A DNA stretch of 64,000 nucleotides from Lama guanicoe (GCA_013239625.1 MU056000.1:15342851-15406850); one strand, 5' to 3'. Positions 13,991-29,100 are shown, numbered from the stretch's first letter. The notes: generated by a model not told the origin, from the letters alone. Translations and numbers: made by a program.

Positions 13991-16900
13991 AAAAAACGGA
14001 GATGGAGACATAACTATGAGTTTCTACGAAAACTGTTGGCTTACAATCTTTACTATTTAAGCTTTCTCCTTTATTGCCATTTTATTTACCTAAACTGAAA
14101 AAAAAATGACTAATTTGCAGTATGTAAAGCCATGCTAACATTGGCTGTGCACTTTTACCTTTGGCGTACTTTATTACTTAATTTTCAATTCAGGACAGTG
14201 TCCTTATATTTCTTATTTTTAAATATAGCATGGAGTTTTAAAACTCCAACTAGAGTAAATTGGTTTCTATTTCAACCTGCCTTGCTAACTCAGTCAGATA
14301 AAATGTTTTTAAAATGCCAATTATGCCCTGTGTGAAGCAGTTACTTCCCCGTGGTTCCAGTAGTTATCTTCAGAAAAAAAATCAAGAAGGTTTGCATTCT
14401 TTGAATTAGAGTCACTCTTTCAGCCTGTGTGCTTAAGAATTCCTAAGGCAACCATCTTCAAAGTCATTTCTCAGCTGGGTGGATTGTCTGCACAGCATTT
14501 CACAGAGTTGTGCTCATTCATTCTACACCGACCTAACGAAGTTCTTACTGCAATTACCAGGCTGATCGCCCAAAGTCAGGCAGTGGCTTTCTATTTTAAA
14601 CCTACTGTAAGTTGAATTTCCATTTAACAGCACATCACACAACTGCAACTTAATCTGAAACCCATAATATTATAAAAAGAAGAAAACTCACCTTCTGAAG
14701 AAATTGATAGAACAAAGCTTATATTTCTAATAAGACGGAACTAAATATCATAATATGTCATTAAGCCAGACAATTATAATAAAATATGTATCTCTCTTGT
14801 TTTTCCTGCTCTTTGACTAGTTTTCCAACAAAGCCACCTGCAGTACCTCACTGTTAAAAATTGGTTTTCAATCAAATGATATTTTTATGTTCTTAATACA
14901 AGGCTATAAACATAAAAATTACATTTAAAATACATAGAAGTTTGATACAAAAGATATGTCAATTAAAAATATTCACCTAACTTAAAACATTTTAGTTCAT
15001 TTTTTTTAAGGCGACATATATTCAGGGACCACTCTTATCTATACCCTACATATTAAATGGTCAATAAATGATTGTTAAATGAAAAGCATATTAATGGTTA
15101 TCATATTACAACTTACAATTTTTACATAAGACATTCTCTAAAGTGATAACTGCTTGTGAATTTTAGTCTAAACACATTTCACATTTAACTTTTAAAAGAT
15201 TAAAAAGTTTGTGTTTGGCTTTTACAATTAAATATGATACATGCCAATTTCACTTAATTTAAATAATTTCTTTTTCAAAAACACTATAGATTTTTTAGGC
15301 AGTCATACACTTTTTATGAATATAGATATTTCTACAGTGTTATATCATATTACCTCAGTGTTAGAAAACAGAGTGAAAAATGACTATAGGACAGAATGAT
15401 ATTTTATCATTATTTTTCCCAGCCCTTTTCTTTCTTTGAGAACTTAAGTGATATTAGATAATTAGATGGAGATTTGAGACGTGGCCAATAGAAACAAGAC
15501 AGAGTTTTGTCTTTCATATAAATTATTTTATCTTAAGAATCTAAAGGAACACAAGTTGACTTGAGGGACCCACTGTATAGAAAATTCTTACCTTCCACAG
15601 CCAGGATAAGGCTGAGGCATAGTAAAAAGATGGGAGAGAGGAATGGAGTGGGTGGGGTCAGGAGGGGAGCAGCAAAGACAGGAAGAACCTGGGGCATCAT
15701 GGGAGAAGAGAGTTGGAAAAAGGACCAAGGAAGGAGGAGGTAGCTAGAGAACCATCTGAGGTGCACTCTGTAGGATGTGATGGAAATAGGACATCCATTG
15801 TAATCTCCTCTGGATACTTTTTTATACTTGATCTCATATACAGTAAAATTTCTTTTCTTGCCATAGCTAAATATCTTCTTACACATGATGGCATTATTAA
15901 GGAATTATGGGAGAAGTGCTTTAATATCTGGGAATATTGGACCTTGGCACTGCAGCCAGGTATACAGAAATGACAGCCCTCTGTAGCACAAAGTGAGGGG
16001 TCCCTCTAAGTCAGCTGACTGTAGAGAGAAGGCTACTGAGGATGTGAATAGAGCCAGTGCAGTAATGGTGCTTAGATTATTACTCGCTCAAGAAGACAGA
16101 TGTGTTGAGAGAGCTGTAATCACAGCACTACAGTCAGAAGGGAAAACACGTGTCAGGAAGAACTGACCCAACTAGAAAGCTGGGAGTGTCTTTTTTTTTA
16201 TTTGCAGAATTTTATCACACTGATCCCTTCAGGAAATTTCTTGTGCAATATATTGTAGGAAGGAACCCACGGAGGGTAATACGTATAACTGAATTATCCA
16301 ACATTAATTTTTAAAGAGCTCTGAATTGTTTTCAGAAGGGTCAGTCTCCAGCTCACCCCAGGCTGCTCAGACACTGAGGGAACCCAAAAAGGAGAGCCTG
16401 GAACCAGCAAGGGAGGCAAGGGAGGTAGCCTTGGGCTAGCCACTTCCAGGTATCAGACACGACTTTTGAGGCGGAGATGGAGCATATTTCAGAAAACCGA
16501 ATGAATACATTTTGGACTGAGTGCTAGGGAATGTTTCACAAATGTCTGTCTAGGAAACTGAGCAAAGCAAGTCTTACGGAAAGATTTGTGGTATTGAAGA
16601 GAAAATTGTAAAAGAGGAGAATAATGGAGGAAAGAAAATCAGACACAAATTAAACTATGTAAGTTACAGGGGAATTGGAAGAGAGAAGGAAATTCATAAT
16701 TACTAGCAAACGTATGTGGACCGAAGAGCTGGACAAGGCAGAGGAAGGCAGTAAAGACAGTGGCATTTATAAGAATCTAACCTCAGAGGTCTCAGAGTAT
16801 TGAGTTTACCAAGACCTCTTACACCCTGTCATAGTCCTAAAAGTACAAAGGAAGGCTGTGGACCTTCGAAAAGATGCTCAACTTTTTAACAGTGGAGTAG

Positions 16901-17677
16901 CCAGACATCATAGGACTGATGACATAGGTAATCTGTTTGTCACTAACTTTACCCTCTGCCAGACCTTAGCCCACTATTGTCTAGACTAGATAGGGAATGA
17001 AACAGAATCAAGTTCTCCATACGTGCTCTGTGCTGGTAAATCCAGAGGTACCAGTAAGTAGCTCCTATTTCCTTCTGCCATGTGAGAATGAGGGAGGTGG
17101 GGAAGATGAATTAAAATAGTCAGCTTTGAATTTAGGAATCCTTGATGACAGCACAGATGAATGGTAAGTGCAGTTGGGAAGAAGCAGCCAATAAGAAGCT
17201 GGTTTTTCTCTCTCCAGGAATGAGACATGGAGTTTTGAAAGGGGACAGCACCTAATAGAATGACAGGATTCTTAATAATTTAGAGAAATGTTAATGATTC
17301 CCCATAAGGAGATCACTGATTAAAGGCACTGCACTCATGAGTTTTAAATGAATGACGTTAGTCCATATAAATATGTATCAACAGTTTTTATATAAAAAGA
17401 CTGCTAATGACAGGATAAATTAGTGAATCTTGAGTTCAAGATGCATTTTAAAAAGGTAGAAAGCCAAAGCACTTAGTGTTAAATTTAAGAAATTGCTATT
17501 TTAGTTATGGAGAAGACACCTCTCCTTTGCGTGGAGCAAGGCTGGGAATTCAGTCTGAGTTACCCTACATCTTCAGTATTCTAATCCCCACGCCTCCTGG
17601 TACCTTCCTCTTCCTAACCCCATGACTCACATCCATCAGTTGCTGAGTTTGTATCTTCTTTTTTTGGGAAGGGGGAT

Positions 17678-18975
17678 TTTTTTTTTGAAGTATAGTCAGT
17701 TTGCAATGTTATGTCAATTTCTGGTGTACAGCATAATAGTTCAGTCATACATACGCATACATATATTCATTTTCATATTCTTTTTCATTATAGGTTACTA
17801 CAAGATATTGAGTATAGTTCCCTGTGCTATACAGTAGGAACTTGTTGTTTATCCATTTTGTATATAGTAGTTAGTATGCACATCTTGAACTCTTATTTAT
17901 CCTTTCCAACCCCCTTCTCCCCAGTAATTATAATTTATTTTCTATGTCTGTGAGTCTGTTTCTGTTTTGTAAATAAATTCAGTTTTTTAAGATTCCACAT
18001 ATAAATGATATCATATTTTATTTTTCTTTCTCTTTCTGGCTTACTTCACTTAGAATGACAATCTCCAGGTCCATCCATGTTGCTGCAGGTGGCATTATTT
18101 TATTTTTTATGGCTGAGTAGTATTCCATTGTATGAATATACCACAACTTCTTTATATTCTCATCTGCCAGTGGACATTTAGGTTCTTTCCATGTCTTGGC
18201 TATTGTAAATAGTGCTGCTATGAACATTGGGGTGCATGTATCTTTTCAAATTAAAGTTCCCTCCAGATATATGCCCAGGAGTGGGATTGCTGGTTCATAT
18301 GAAAAGTCTATCTTTAGTTTTTTGAGGAATCTCCATACTGTTTTCCATAATGGCTGCATCAAACTATATTCCCACCAGCAATGTAAGAGGGTTCCCTTTC
18401 CTCCACACCCTTTCTAGCATTTATTGTTTGTGGACTTTTTAATAATGGCCATTTTAACTGGTGTGAGATGATACCTCATTGCAGTTTTGATTTGCATTTC
18501 TCTGATAATTAGTGATATTGAGCACTTTTTCATGTGCCTATGGGACATTTGTATGTCTTCATTGGAGAATTGTTTCTTTAGGTCTTCTGCTCATTTTTGG
18601 ATTGGGTTATTTGTTTTTTATTATTAAGTTGTGTGAGCTGTTTATATATTCTGGAAATTAAGCCCTTGTCAGCCTCATCTTTTGCAAATATTTTCTTCCA
18701 TTCTGTAGGTTGTCTTTTTGTTTTGCTTTGCTGTGCAGATGATTTTAAGTTTAATTAGGTCCCATTTGTTTATTTTTGCTCTTATTTCTATTGCCTGGGT
18801 AGACTGCCCTAGGAAAACATTGCTAAAATTTATGTCAGAGAATGTTTTTGCCTCTGTATTCTTCTAAGAGATTTATAGTGTCTTACGTTAAAGCCTTTAA
18901 GCCATTTTGAGTTTATTTTTGTGTATGGTATGAGGGAGTGTTCTAACTTCATTGATTTATATGTAACTGTCCAGC
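17678..18975 (-). mobile_element. Younger 5'-truncated artiodactyl/camelid-type L1 (ORF2 C-terminus and 3'UTR)
   Basis: ORF 18018-18227 [19 protein letters not shown]...[11 protein letters not shown]...ATWMDLE..ILSEVSQKEK is the L1 ORF2 tail. T-rich tail followed by gaagtatagtcagtt. Confidence 0.93.
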
Positions 18976-21369
18976 AACTTTCCATACTTTATTAAATTTG
19001 AGTTAGATGGTCAACAATAAGTCCAAATTGGTAACTAGGTTGGAAGGAACAGTTTTAGCCTCACAGGATCTTTCTGTTCATTTTCAATATGCAGCATATT
19101 TATAAGTGAACCAACAGGACAGGCTTTTTCATCACAATTTTATTGAGATACATTTTGCATAACATTTTCACTTGTTTTAATGTGCAATTCAATGAAATAT
19201 AGACAATGATATATTGCAGTATATCATTAAAGTTTTAGAGGATGTCTCAACATCTGATAATTTACAGGAAAAGTAGAACAATAATTTAATTGCACATATA
19301 AAGTTTTCATTTTTTTCTCTGAAATAAACTCAGCAAGCATCCTGATGCACTTTATAACTTGGTATAGTGTTTATTTTTTGTTGTTTTTGTTGTTATTTAA
19401 GGGAGCTTAAGGAGAATTCTCAACTGTTTTCTCCACAGGCTGGGTACACAACAGTTCATGGTTTTACTGTCTGGTCGGGGGCCTGGTATGATGTTATTGT
19501 GTGTTGTTTGTTGAGTGCATAACTATCTGTTTTTAATAATAGAAAGATAAATGTTAAGGTGAAAATTCTCTTATAAGACTAGAAAAGCTGAGAAAAAGAT
19601 TCTTGGTTGTATGGAAATTATCCCACTAGAAAATGGTGATGGAGCAGCATCAAGGAAAGCCTGTGATCATTTCACTCACTAGGAGTTCATATGAATGCTT
19701 TTAAAATAAAATTTAGGCTACATATCCTGTTGTGAAATATTATATTTGGATTTGTATATATGTGTGTGTGCATGTCCATCATATAAGAAGAGAGGAATAA
19801 ATAAACTATTTCTGCATCCAAGTTAATTCACTATCTCTGAAATATAAAATGGAATATATTTATGTGTATATCTATATTATTATATATTCAAAGTTAATCT
19901 GAAGCTTTAACCATGTCCCTGGTTGGAATCCACTCTGAAGGTTAACCGTGCACTTTCCCCGTTCCCAAAGAAGTGCAAGTGAAAAAAATCACTGAGAAGT
20001 GAGCCCAAAATAATCAGAATTGTGTATACTTAAAAATCCTTAATCTTTGGAGCAATATGACCATGCTTCTTAAGAATAATATCACTGATATTCATAAGAT
20101 TATGAAACATGCTATTTTTCAAATTAAATAATTTGCTTCATAGTGTCATTTAGAATTGTTTTGCAAATAAATCACTTGGATTATTGCAGTTTGTTGTTTT
20201 GTTGTTTAAAACAAATTAATTTATTTAGTTATTGTAGTGATGAGACAGACATAGCTTTTCATAGACTCAGCTCTGGCTGGATATATTTATTTTCCCTAAA
20301 GCTGCTTATTTGTATTATAAAAATCGCCTTGAATTTGATTTCCTAGCCTAATTCAGAATAACTATGTAAACTGTTTTCTATATTTGTATGCAATGTAAAA
20401 GGTAACTCATAATTACTCTTGAACATATATTTAAAATGTATTCCCTGTTTTTTGTTGTCACTGCTTGAGTAGGAATGGCAAAGCCTGAATTTTACAGAGT
20501 CTACTCTTCTATTTTCATTTATTTTCTATTTAGCATCTATAAGAACTAGCCCTATAATTCAAAAATAGCTAAAACCAGTCCAGATATTTTTATTAGCAAT
20601 TTTAGAAAGACCTCCAAATTACAGGGTGAATTAAATATTAATGTCTAAATAATGTCTTAAGATTAAATTAGCATACATTTTCCTGGTGATTCCATGATCA
20701 TCTATCAGTTCAATGATGTGCTGGAAGGAGTAATATAACTCAACATAAAGTTGTAGACAAGGTTTATCACTACAAAGTTCACACTATAGGAACTGCAAGA
20801 AGAAAAATATACCTAGGCTAAGGCCGTGTGTATACATAATGCAGGCTTTATTGTCCTCACTCTGCAGGAATTGCAAAGATGTATCTTCCATTTTAGCTCC
20901 AAATCGGTGGGACATCTGTGAAAAGATCCTGCCCAAGGGCAGACTACTTGAGTTTTGGCATCCAAAGCTTGTAAAGAGGGTTGTTTCACATATGCCATGT
21001 GACCAGTCTTCAGGTGGACCCCAAATCAGTCACCAGGCATTGTGAGTACTCATACGGACTCAAGCTGACAACTTGGTTCATCTCAACCCACTACCTTTGA
21101 GCACAGGTGGCATTGTTACCAGGTAAGTTTGTTAGCATTCCAGTAGTTTAGTTCTTAGAGTTATACCAAGGGTCGTCGATGGCTTTAGAGCAAATGAAGA
21201 GCTGACTGAAACAGACCAGCTATGTTAACGCTTTCCTTAAATATAGTCACATCTCAAAAGCGTTTCCCCTTCAATTTTCACTGTAAATTAGTATTATGCA
21301 GTATATTGGAATCACCTCTCAAATAAATCCTTGTCTTTGAGTTAGCACTCTGATTTACTGAAGACTGAG

Positions 21370-21575
21370 TTGCCTGACCCTCCTTCGCGCTGTGAGCTCA
21401 TGAGGCTTCTTCCTTATCCCTCACTAATGGATTTAAGAGCCATGTCAGTATTTTCTTCACCGCTGCAGTCTCATACTTAGGTATACTACCCAACAAGTAA
21501 TATCAACAGATAAATATTTGATGAATGATTGGATGAGTAAATTAATAAATAAATGCATGAATGACTAATAAAACA
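21370..21575. mobile_element. L2 3' end remnant
   Basis: ctgtgagctcatgagg...ttcaccgctgcagtctca...ataaatatttgatgaatgattggatga. Confidence 0.55.
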
Positions 21576-24338
21576 TAAGGCATAAAGTCAGTCCCAGAAA
21601 ATATGATGGTTTTATTCACATTCCAGCTGTGGCTAAACTGAGACAGTTTTGCCTAATTCTTACATTTGTCTGTGAATTTCATTTTTAGCTTCTTTTCGTA
21701 TCATTGGTTTTAATGTTTATGTTTTGTTTTCCAGTTTCTTACTCTGCTCTCCTGGAAGGGCTTATGCACATCCTTGCTTTTCTAGATCGTCCTGCTGTAT
21801 CTAGTTCTGTAAGGACATTTTCCCTCAGTCTTACTCTCAGAAACCACTGTGTGTGTCCTTATGACTAGTTCTTAATCCAAGATTTCTGGACTTCCGAATG
21901 TTGGGATCCTATAGGCACCATGTATTTAATTACTTCCCTTCTCCTTGACACTTTCATCTGAGCAAGATTCTTACAATGAAATTGGAAGTGATGCTTCCTT
22001 CATTTTTAATTCAAGACTGCAAGTAAAATATTACAAATAAAAGAATCAGACATTTTTAATATATCAAAATTCCAATGGGAAACAGATGATACATTATGAT
22101 TTAAATATTATGTGACAGGTATGTTTTCAAAGGGACTGCCTGCTTACTTACTCAGGTTGACTGTAGGAAGACCTCAAGGGACAGTGCAGGGTCCCCCAGC
22201 CCAGCAACACTGGCGTCTTCCCAGGAATCACAGTATCACAAATTACATTCTTTTTAGAATATCAAATGTGTAGACAAGACTGGTCCTTGTTCTGAGAAAG
22301 TTTTTGCCACTCTCTCTGGCTCCAATCTTACGAGGGACTAGTCTCAGTTCTTCCCCAGGCCTGCTTTGGCTGGTATCCCCTGATGAGTAAGTGAGCCCTG
22401 GACCTCTCCAGTGTATCACCATGACATCCTAAACAGGCTGGTCATGTATCTAACGGAGGCTTACAAAGATCATTATTGAAAGGTTAAATTTCCCAAGTAT
22501 TATGACCTAGGAGGACTGGGAATTAAGATGCTATCTAATTAACAAATCCTGTTGAACCATAACAGAAAAAGGTCAGCCTCACTATTAACGCCTTCGGAGG
22601 CTCTTTCATTTGTGTACTTCCTCATACTCCATCTTTCACAATTTTTTCAATATCTCATAGCTTGCTTCCTTCCCAGAGTTGTACTTTAAACCTCCTTTCT
22701 TTCTCCCAGTTTACCTATTTCCTTTCTCAGAAAACTCCAATCCATTCTCTTTCACTAAAGAAGAAATTAGTCGTTAGTTCCTCCTTTGTGTCTTACAAAT
22801 TCAGTCTTGTCTTAATTAGTCTAGTAATGGAAATGTTCCTCAACCCAGGCAGACTTCTAAACCAGAAGTTCATCTTCTCAGAATTCAGCCACTCTCTGCC
22901 TTTCATTCCTTAGAACTCAATTTTTCATGTAACTTAAAAGCATTCAAAAGAGAGCTCTGCTCCTTGATCATGAATTCAATAATCAATGATGCTTAGATTT
23001 CAAGCATTTTGACACTTCCCGAGTCCATAAGATTGGTAATCAAGCAAATCAGCAACTGCGTCAATTCAATTTCCTTGCAGAATGAATCGTACAAAATTCC
23101 ACTAACTAATCTTGCAGATTCTGTTTCTCCTGATATTTACATTTTGTGCCATATTGTATTTTATAATCTTGCTATCTTGTCATATTACATAATTTTTCAA
23201 TACCTAAAAAATGCTTTGCATTCTTTTTATGCTATAAAGATAATATCTTATTTTATATCATACTTTTACTGAAATGAAAAATGATAATGGTGTTCAAAAC
23301 AAACAAAATGATTATCTAAGTTATGATTAAGTAAAGAACAGGAGGCATCCTATATAAGGGTGAAACTGGGATATTTAACACCTATTCTATTATTTTTCCA
23401 TAAAGTATTCCTAAATATTGTGAAATTAATTTCAAATGAGGAATATGTTACTTTGGTACATTGCCTCCTAAAATTCTGTCTGAATTCGTCAATGTAAAAA
23501 TTTTATAGATTCAGAGTACTGCTATGAATTAAAAAGAGATGGTTATGTCCAGAAATAATTTTATAACTTTTTACTATTTTGTGTCACATTCAGGAAAAAT
23601 AGCTAGAAAGGCAATGTGTCTCTTCAGCTCACTAAGTACATTTAGTGAAATCATTTGAATATCAGGGGGGAAGAGTTATATTCTACATGAAACACTGAAT
23701 GGTAGCAAAGTGAGACTGGGGAAATATAGATTCTATATTTTTAGCTCTGTATAAGAAATTGTGGTGTGCATGATGTTGAAAATTGTATTTAAATGTATTT
23801 TATGTGATGAATGTTTGTTAAGAATGTTGGAAATGCCAGGAATGTCCAAGGACTAAAGTTGAGAGGATTTAACCCCAGGAATGCAAGGTTGATTTATATT
23901 CTAAAATTAACTAATGTAATACAACATAAAAAAATAAAGTAAAATACGATACGTGAGGATTCATGATGAAAAATCTTAACAAATACTTTCAAAATCCAAA
24001 AGACAGTATCATGTCATGACATTTTATAAGGAGATATTTTTAAGGGTATTAATTACAAAGAAATTATTTGGAAAGATTTGCTATTAATGATGAATCATTA
24101 TGCCACAATTTGTTCAGGAACAATCTCTGATAGAATAGTTGGCCTTCTTTAAAATGTTGAGGAACTTGATCAAAGGCCAATATAAAACGCAGACAGGGCG
24201 TAGTCCCTAAATTAAGTTGATGCCAAGCAGTAATGAAATATGTGTTTGGCATTCATCTCCTTGTCAAGTCAGTTCTAACTGCTGCCATCATCTGCAATTC
24301 CTTCTGCTGATTTCCAAAGACTCATTAAGAAACCATAA

Positions 24339-25941
24339 ACTGCCTTTCTTAGCTGGATTCTAAGCTTCTTACATGCTTTTCCCATGGTAGGTCCTCTGGA
24401 TTTTAGAACAATGGTCTACGAATAAAAGCAAAACAAAACAACCTCCCCACAAAAGTATTAAATTTTCTATTCATATGCAGTTTTAATCTTAAGGCAAGAA
24501 AGGATTCAGTTTTACTAATGTCTAGTATTGAAATAAACTGTCATTCAAGTTTATAATTCACTAATGGATGCATGCTATTCATTTTATTTAAAATGTATTG
24601 TGTGTATGATATATATAGCCTTTGAATATTTTCCAATTTGTGTAATCATTTTGTCTATATTTCAGTACCAAAATTATTTTGAAGAATAGCTTTCTGAATG
24701 TGTTTTGCAATATAATTCACTAATGACAAATTCTTCAACATGAGATTCAGCTGTGATCTATGAACAGAAAAATTTAACTGGAATCAGATTTAATATTCTT
24801 AGTGCTTAACTGAACTTTGGACTCCTATGTGCTGATGTTTTTTTAGGTCATAACTCCTGAAGGCCTATTTAATACTGCTAAGGTCAAATGCAGATTATTT
24901 CTACTATCAAAGTAATGTCAGTTCATTCATATTTCTCTTTCACTTAAGCTTTTGACTCTGGGATTGTTACTTAAGCAAATACCAAACTATCTTCGTGCAG
25001 AATTTATAAAAGGAACAGAAATAAATTGGTAAATGATTTCCTTACTACCACTTGGACTTAAATACATGCAAAAAAGTCAGTCATTAATTCACATCTATTG
25101 CAGTAAGTAGCAATACCTTTCACAGTCCTTCAAATGCCTAGGTTATGTCTGAATTTAAACAATTTCAGCTAATCCTGCCTGTAAGTGAAGTAACCAAATA
25201 ACAGTGATGTAAGGTAGAATCAGTTAACTTTCTTAGCATATGAAGCTTGAATCAAAGGTTTGAAGCTTTTGACAAAATTGGAACCTAAGAAAAAATGGAT
25301 CTCAGTGTTAATACTTCAATTATTAAAAGTATTTCCTTTCCATTATAAGTAAAAATGAAGATTGTTGAGCAGAATACTAGCAGTACTCCCAAGTATGAAG
25401 TCAGAACCTATTTGTCTCTCCCAGACTCCCCAGGGCAACACAACCAGGTCCAAGCCTGCTTGTCAACCTGGATGTACAGATTGTTAATAAAAGTCATTTT
25501 TCTAATCTTCTTTGGAATTCTTGCTAAAAAACTTTCAAAACTCATCTCATATCCCTGATAATACTTAACAGTAATAAGCATGACAACTTTTCTCCTGAAA
25601 CTGTCTTTCAAATGATTATGAGCGTCATCAAATACCACCACATAAATGATTTCTACCTCATGTTATACCATGGACCCCATGATGTTTTCCTTACAATTTC
25701 TCAGTTGCATACCTGCCTTTCCTACCTGTAATCTCAGCTTTGTATGTGCCTTTCCATGGTAGGAACTCTGGATTCCAGAACAATTGCTGATGAATACAAA
25801 AACTATCAGATCTTCTATTCATATGTAGTTTTACTTTTAAGGAAAGAAAAGATTAAGTTTTATTAATATTTCATACATAAATTAACTGCAGCACAAGTTT
25901 ATAATTTATAAATTGATGTATATTATTCATTTTATTTAAAT
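24339..25941. repeat. Diverged local direct repeat pair, 24339-24594 and 25711-25941
   Basis: Colinear shared blocks: tgcctttc, ccatggtagg..ctctggatt..agaacaat, ttctattcatatg.agtttta, taagg.aagaaa.gatt.agtttta, caagtttataatt, tattcattttatttaaa. Confidence 0.85.
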
Positions 25942-26024
25942 ACTAAAAAATACAATTTTAGTACATAATTCATGATTTTAAAACTTAACCAATTATATAA
26001 AAATAGATGAAAAATGTATTTCTT

Positions 26025-26149
26025 CTGTATAGCACAGGGAACTATATGCAATATGTTGTAATCACCTTTAATGAAAAAGAATATGGGACATTATTCTGTA
26101 CACCAGAAAGTGACACATTTTAACTGACTATACTTCAATTTAAAAAAAA
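26025..26149 (+). mobile_element. Short L1 3' end with A tail
   Basis: ctgtatagcacagggaactata...aactgactatacttcaatttaaaaaaaa; same family terminus as the 17.7 kb element. Confidence 0.82.
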
Positions 26150-29100
26150 GATCTAATGAGTTAATAGTAAAAAGAAAAAATAAACTTTGGAAATTACTGT
26201 TTTGGAATATAAAACACCTTGAAAATATGTTGTATTTATCTTCGAAATGTGAATGGTTAGTTAAGTGTATGACATAGATCCATAATAAATGTTGAATAAA
26301 ATTTATTGTGATTTTACTTCGAAAATATAAAGAGAGCTGTTCTCAAGTAAATTACTTGCTTTACTCTTTTATTTTAATTCCTTTTATTATAAAACAGCAT
26401 ACAAAATATTAAGTAAAATTTAAAACAAGAAATAAAATCATCCAAACAAAGCAAATCATTTGATTTTTGTGTTTTTGCTACAGTTTTAGTATAAGTACTT
26501 TAAACACAGTTGTAATCAAATTGTACATATAATTTGGGGTTTACTTAATCTCCATTTTCTATACTACAGCAGGTCTCTTTTTTTGCTATTATTTTTCCAC
26601 AGTTTGTGTCAATATAATATAATGTCCCAATCTCCCCTTTGAATTTTTCTTTCCACATCACTTATTATCAAATATGTCTAATTTTCTAAACTATAAACAG
26701 CTTTGCATCAATGTTACTCATTTCTACCATGTAATTAGAACCTACAGGCACCAGGTATACTATTAAACACACAAGTTTACTGTTGCAAGTTGGTCAGACT
26801 CCAGCACTGGGATATTCTTTTGCAACCAGATGCCTGACTTTCGTAGTCATAAAGAATACTATCTATATTTATCAATGCATTTCTGAAGGGCCTGGGGAAT
26901 AAAGTAAATTAGTAAAATACTCATGCTAGAAAAAGACCACTATTCACACCCTATAAATAATCAGTATGTTCAAAAAATACCCTGAGTGAGGACTCTGACT
27001 CAGAATGCAATCCCTAACTAAATGGTCCATCTGCTTTGTAGCTTCAGTTAATGTTTCCCATATGGGCATGCTGGCCAGTACAGCTAGATCTTCTGCATTT
27101 TTATATCTTATTTCTTCTGTTACATGGTACAAAATTTTAAATTCTGTGTGAACTCTCCAAATTGTTAAGTGTTGGCAAAGACTTATTAAAGCCTTATGTC
27201 ATAGACCAAATAAAATATGTCGTTTTTGAGAGCGCTGATATGGAGTAATAGTTTGCTGTAAAAGTACACCTTTCATTTATAACATGCTGGTTTTAATACC
27301 AAACTTAGAAAAACTGCAAATTTTATTGTAAGCATTCTGGTCAGTCTCTCTTATTTTACACATTGATACAGAAATCCAAAAATTTTAGCTGATTTACCTC
27401 AAAATGGCATGACTGGAAAACCATAGTTGTCATCAGTACCAAGAATGCTTTTTCTCTCCCTCTCTAAATTTTTTAAAATGTTAAACAATTTCAAAGGATT
27501 AAAAAAAAGCTTTCATTTTGTATTATATTAGTAACTATAATAAAATAAAATTTAGATTCCATGTCCCTTTTTTCCTAATCACATGTTATTTTAAATTAAC
27601 CAATATTTTAGGAAAATAACAAAACAAAATGAAAAAAAAAACTAAATTTCATAAAACAACTTTTTCATTGTATCAACAGTTTACTGTAGAGTTGACAGAA
27701 TGCTTTCAACACTCACATATCTAATGTAATATTTATCTATTAATGCAGCTAAAGCCAATATTTAGTGTCATGAACTGAGAAAGCTCTAAAGAGGCACATA
27801 AAGTTTGATTAGAATCTCTGTCTCTCACTGTCTGACAAAGGACAAATTGTTTACCTTGTCTAATCTAAAATTTCTCTATCCATAAGGAAAGAGCCCAATT
27901 CATGTTTTTAGAAAAACAGAAAATTTGTAGTGTCTTCACAAAATAAGTAAACCAAAGGTATTCCTGGCTTCTGATAAATCTAGCTAGAAACTCAAAAAAT
28001 GGCACTAAGATTCAACTGTGCTTCTCTATCTCTGCTTGGCTCTCTTTGTTGGTTCAGTGAGTAGGCAATTTCATGCTTCCTTGTGACCACAGGACTATAT
28101 CCAAGTTTATATACTATATATACTATAAAAAGTAAATTTTTTTTTTAAAAATTCTAACAAGTCTTAGAATAGATTTGTTCATATGTTTAGTCTTGTTCCC
28201 ACACTTCCTCTTACACCAATCTGCATGAGAAGGAGCTCTCCTCAGCTGGTCACGACAGGAAGGTATGGCCATCACTAAAGTGGGATATTGTGTAGCAACA
28301 CCTGAATCAGCGAGCAAAGAGCTTGGAAAGAGGAGGTCACGAGCAAAGCCCAGCAAATTCTTGAGAAGAGGAAATGGATCTGAGGCAATAAAACAAACAT
28401 ACAGTCACTTCAACATTAAACATTTTTTGAAAATATTATGTAAGTAATGTTATATGACAGTATTAAGAAACTAGTCATTCCTGTTTAAATGGTAGGGAAT
28501 TCTGAATGTGAGATTACCATCTGTAATTACCAGGGAGAGCAGATGTACATGTGTGCATCTATATATGAGTGAAATTTAAAATAATACAAGGAAATATATT
28601 CAGCATTGGCTTAACAGAAACTAAGAAATGAATTTTTTTGTCATTTTTAAACTAAAATTTGTGTTTAAATCAATTTTGAGGACAGAGAGGTATGTATGAA
28701 AAGAAATAGTTCTTTACAACCACGTGACATCAATGGGTAAAAACAAAAAGCTGTAAAATTTAACATTTCTATCATAAAAAGTGGCCTATCAAATAAATAT
28801 CTACATGATACATTTCCTTTCTATTTTATCTACTCATTTTGAGTTTCATTTTAATTTGGAAAATTATAATGGATATTTAAATTTGACTATTTTGTTATGT
28901 AGGAGTTTAAACAAGATTTAGAATTTTAATGAAAGTTCCAAGTCCTTAATTATTACCTGACACATCCCTGCCATTTCTCCAGATGTTCCAGTCTTCAGTT
29001 ACACATTTGACTCCTGACTTGCTTTTAAATATGTTGACTGTGAGTAAAGAGAAAGATGCAATCTGTCTTTTGAAAATAATAATCAAAATTAAAAACATGT

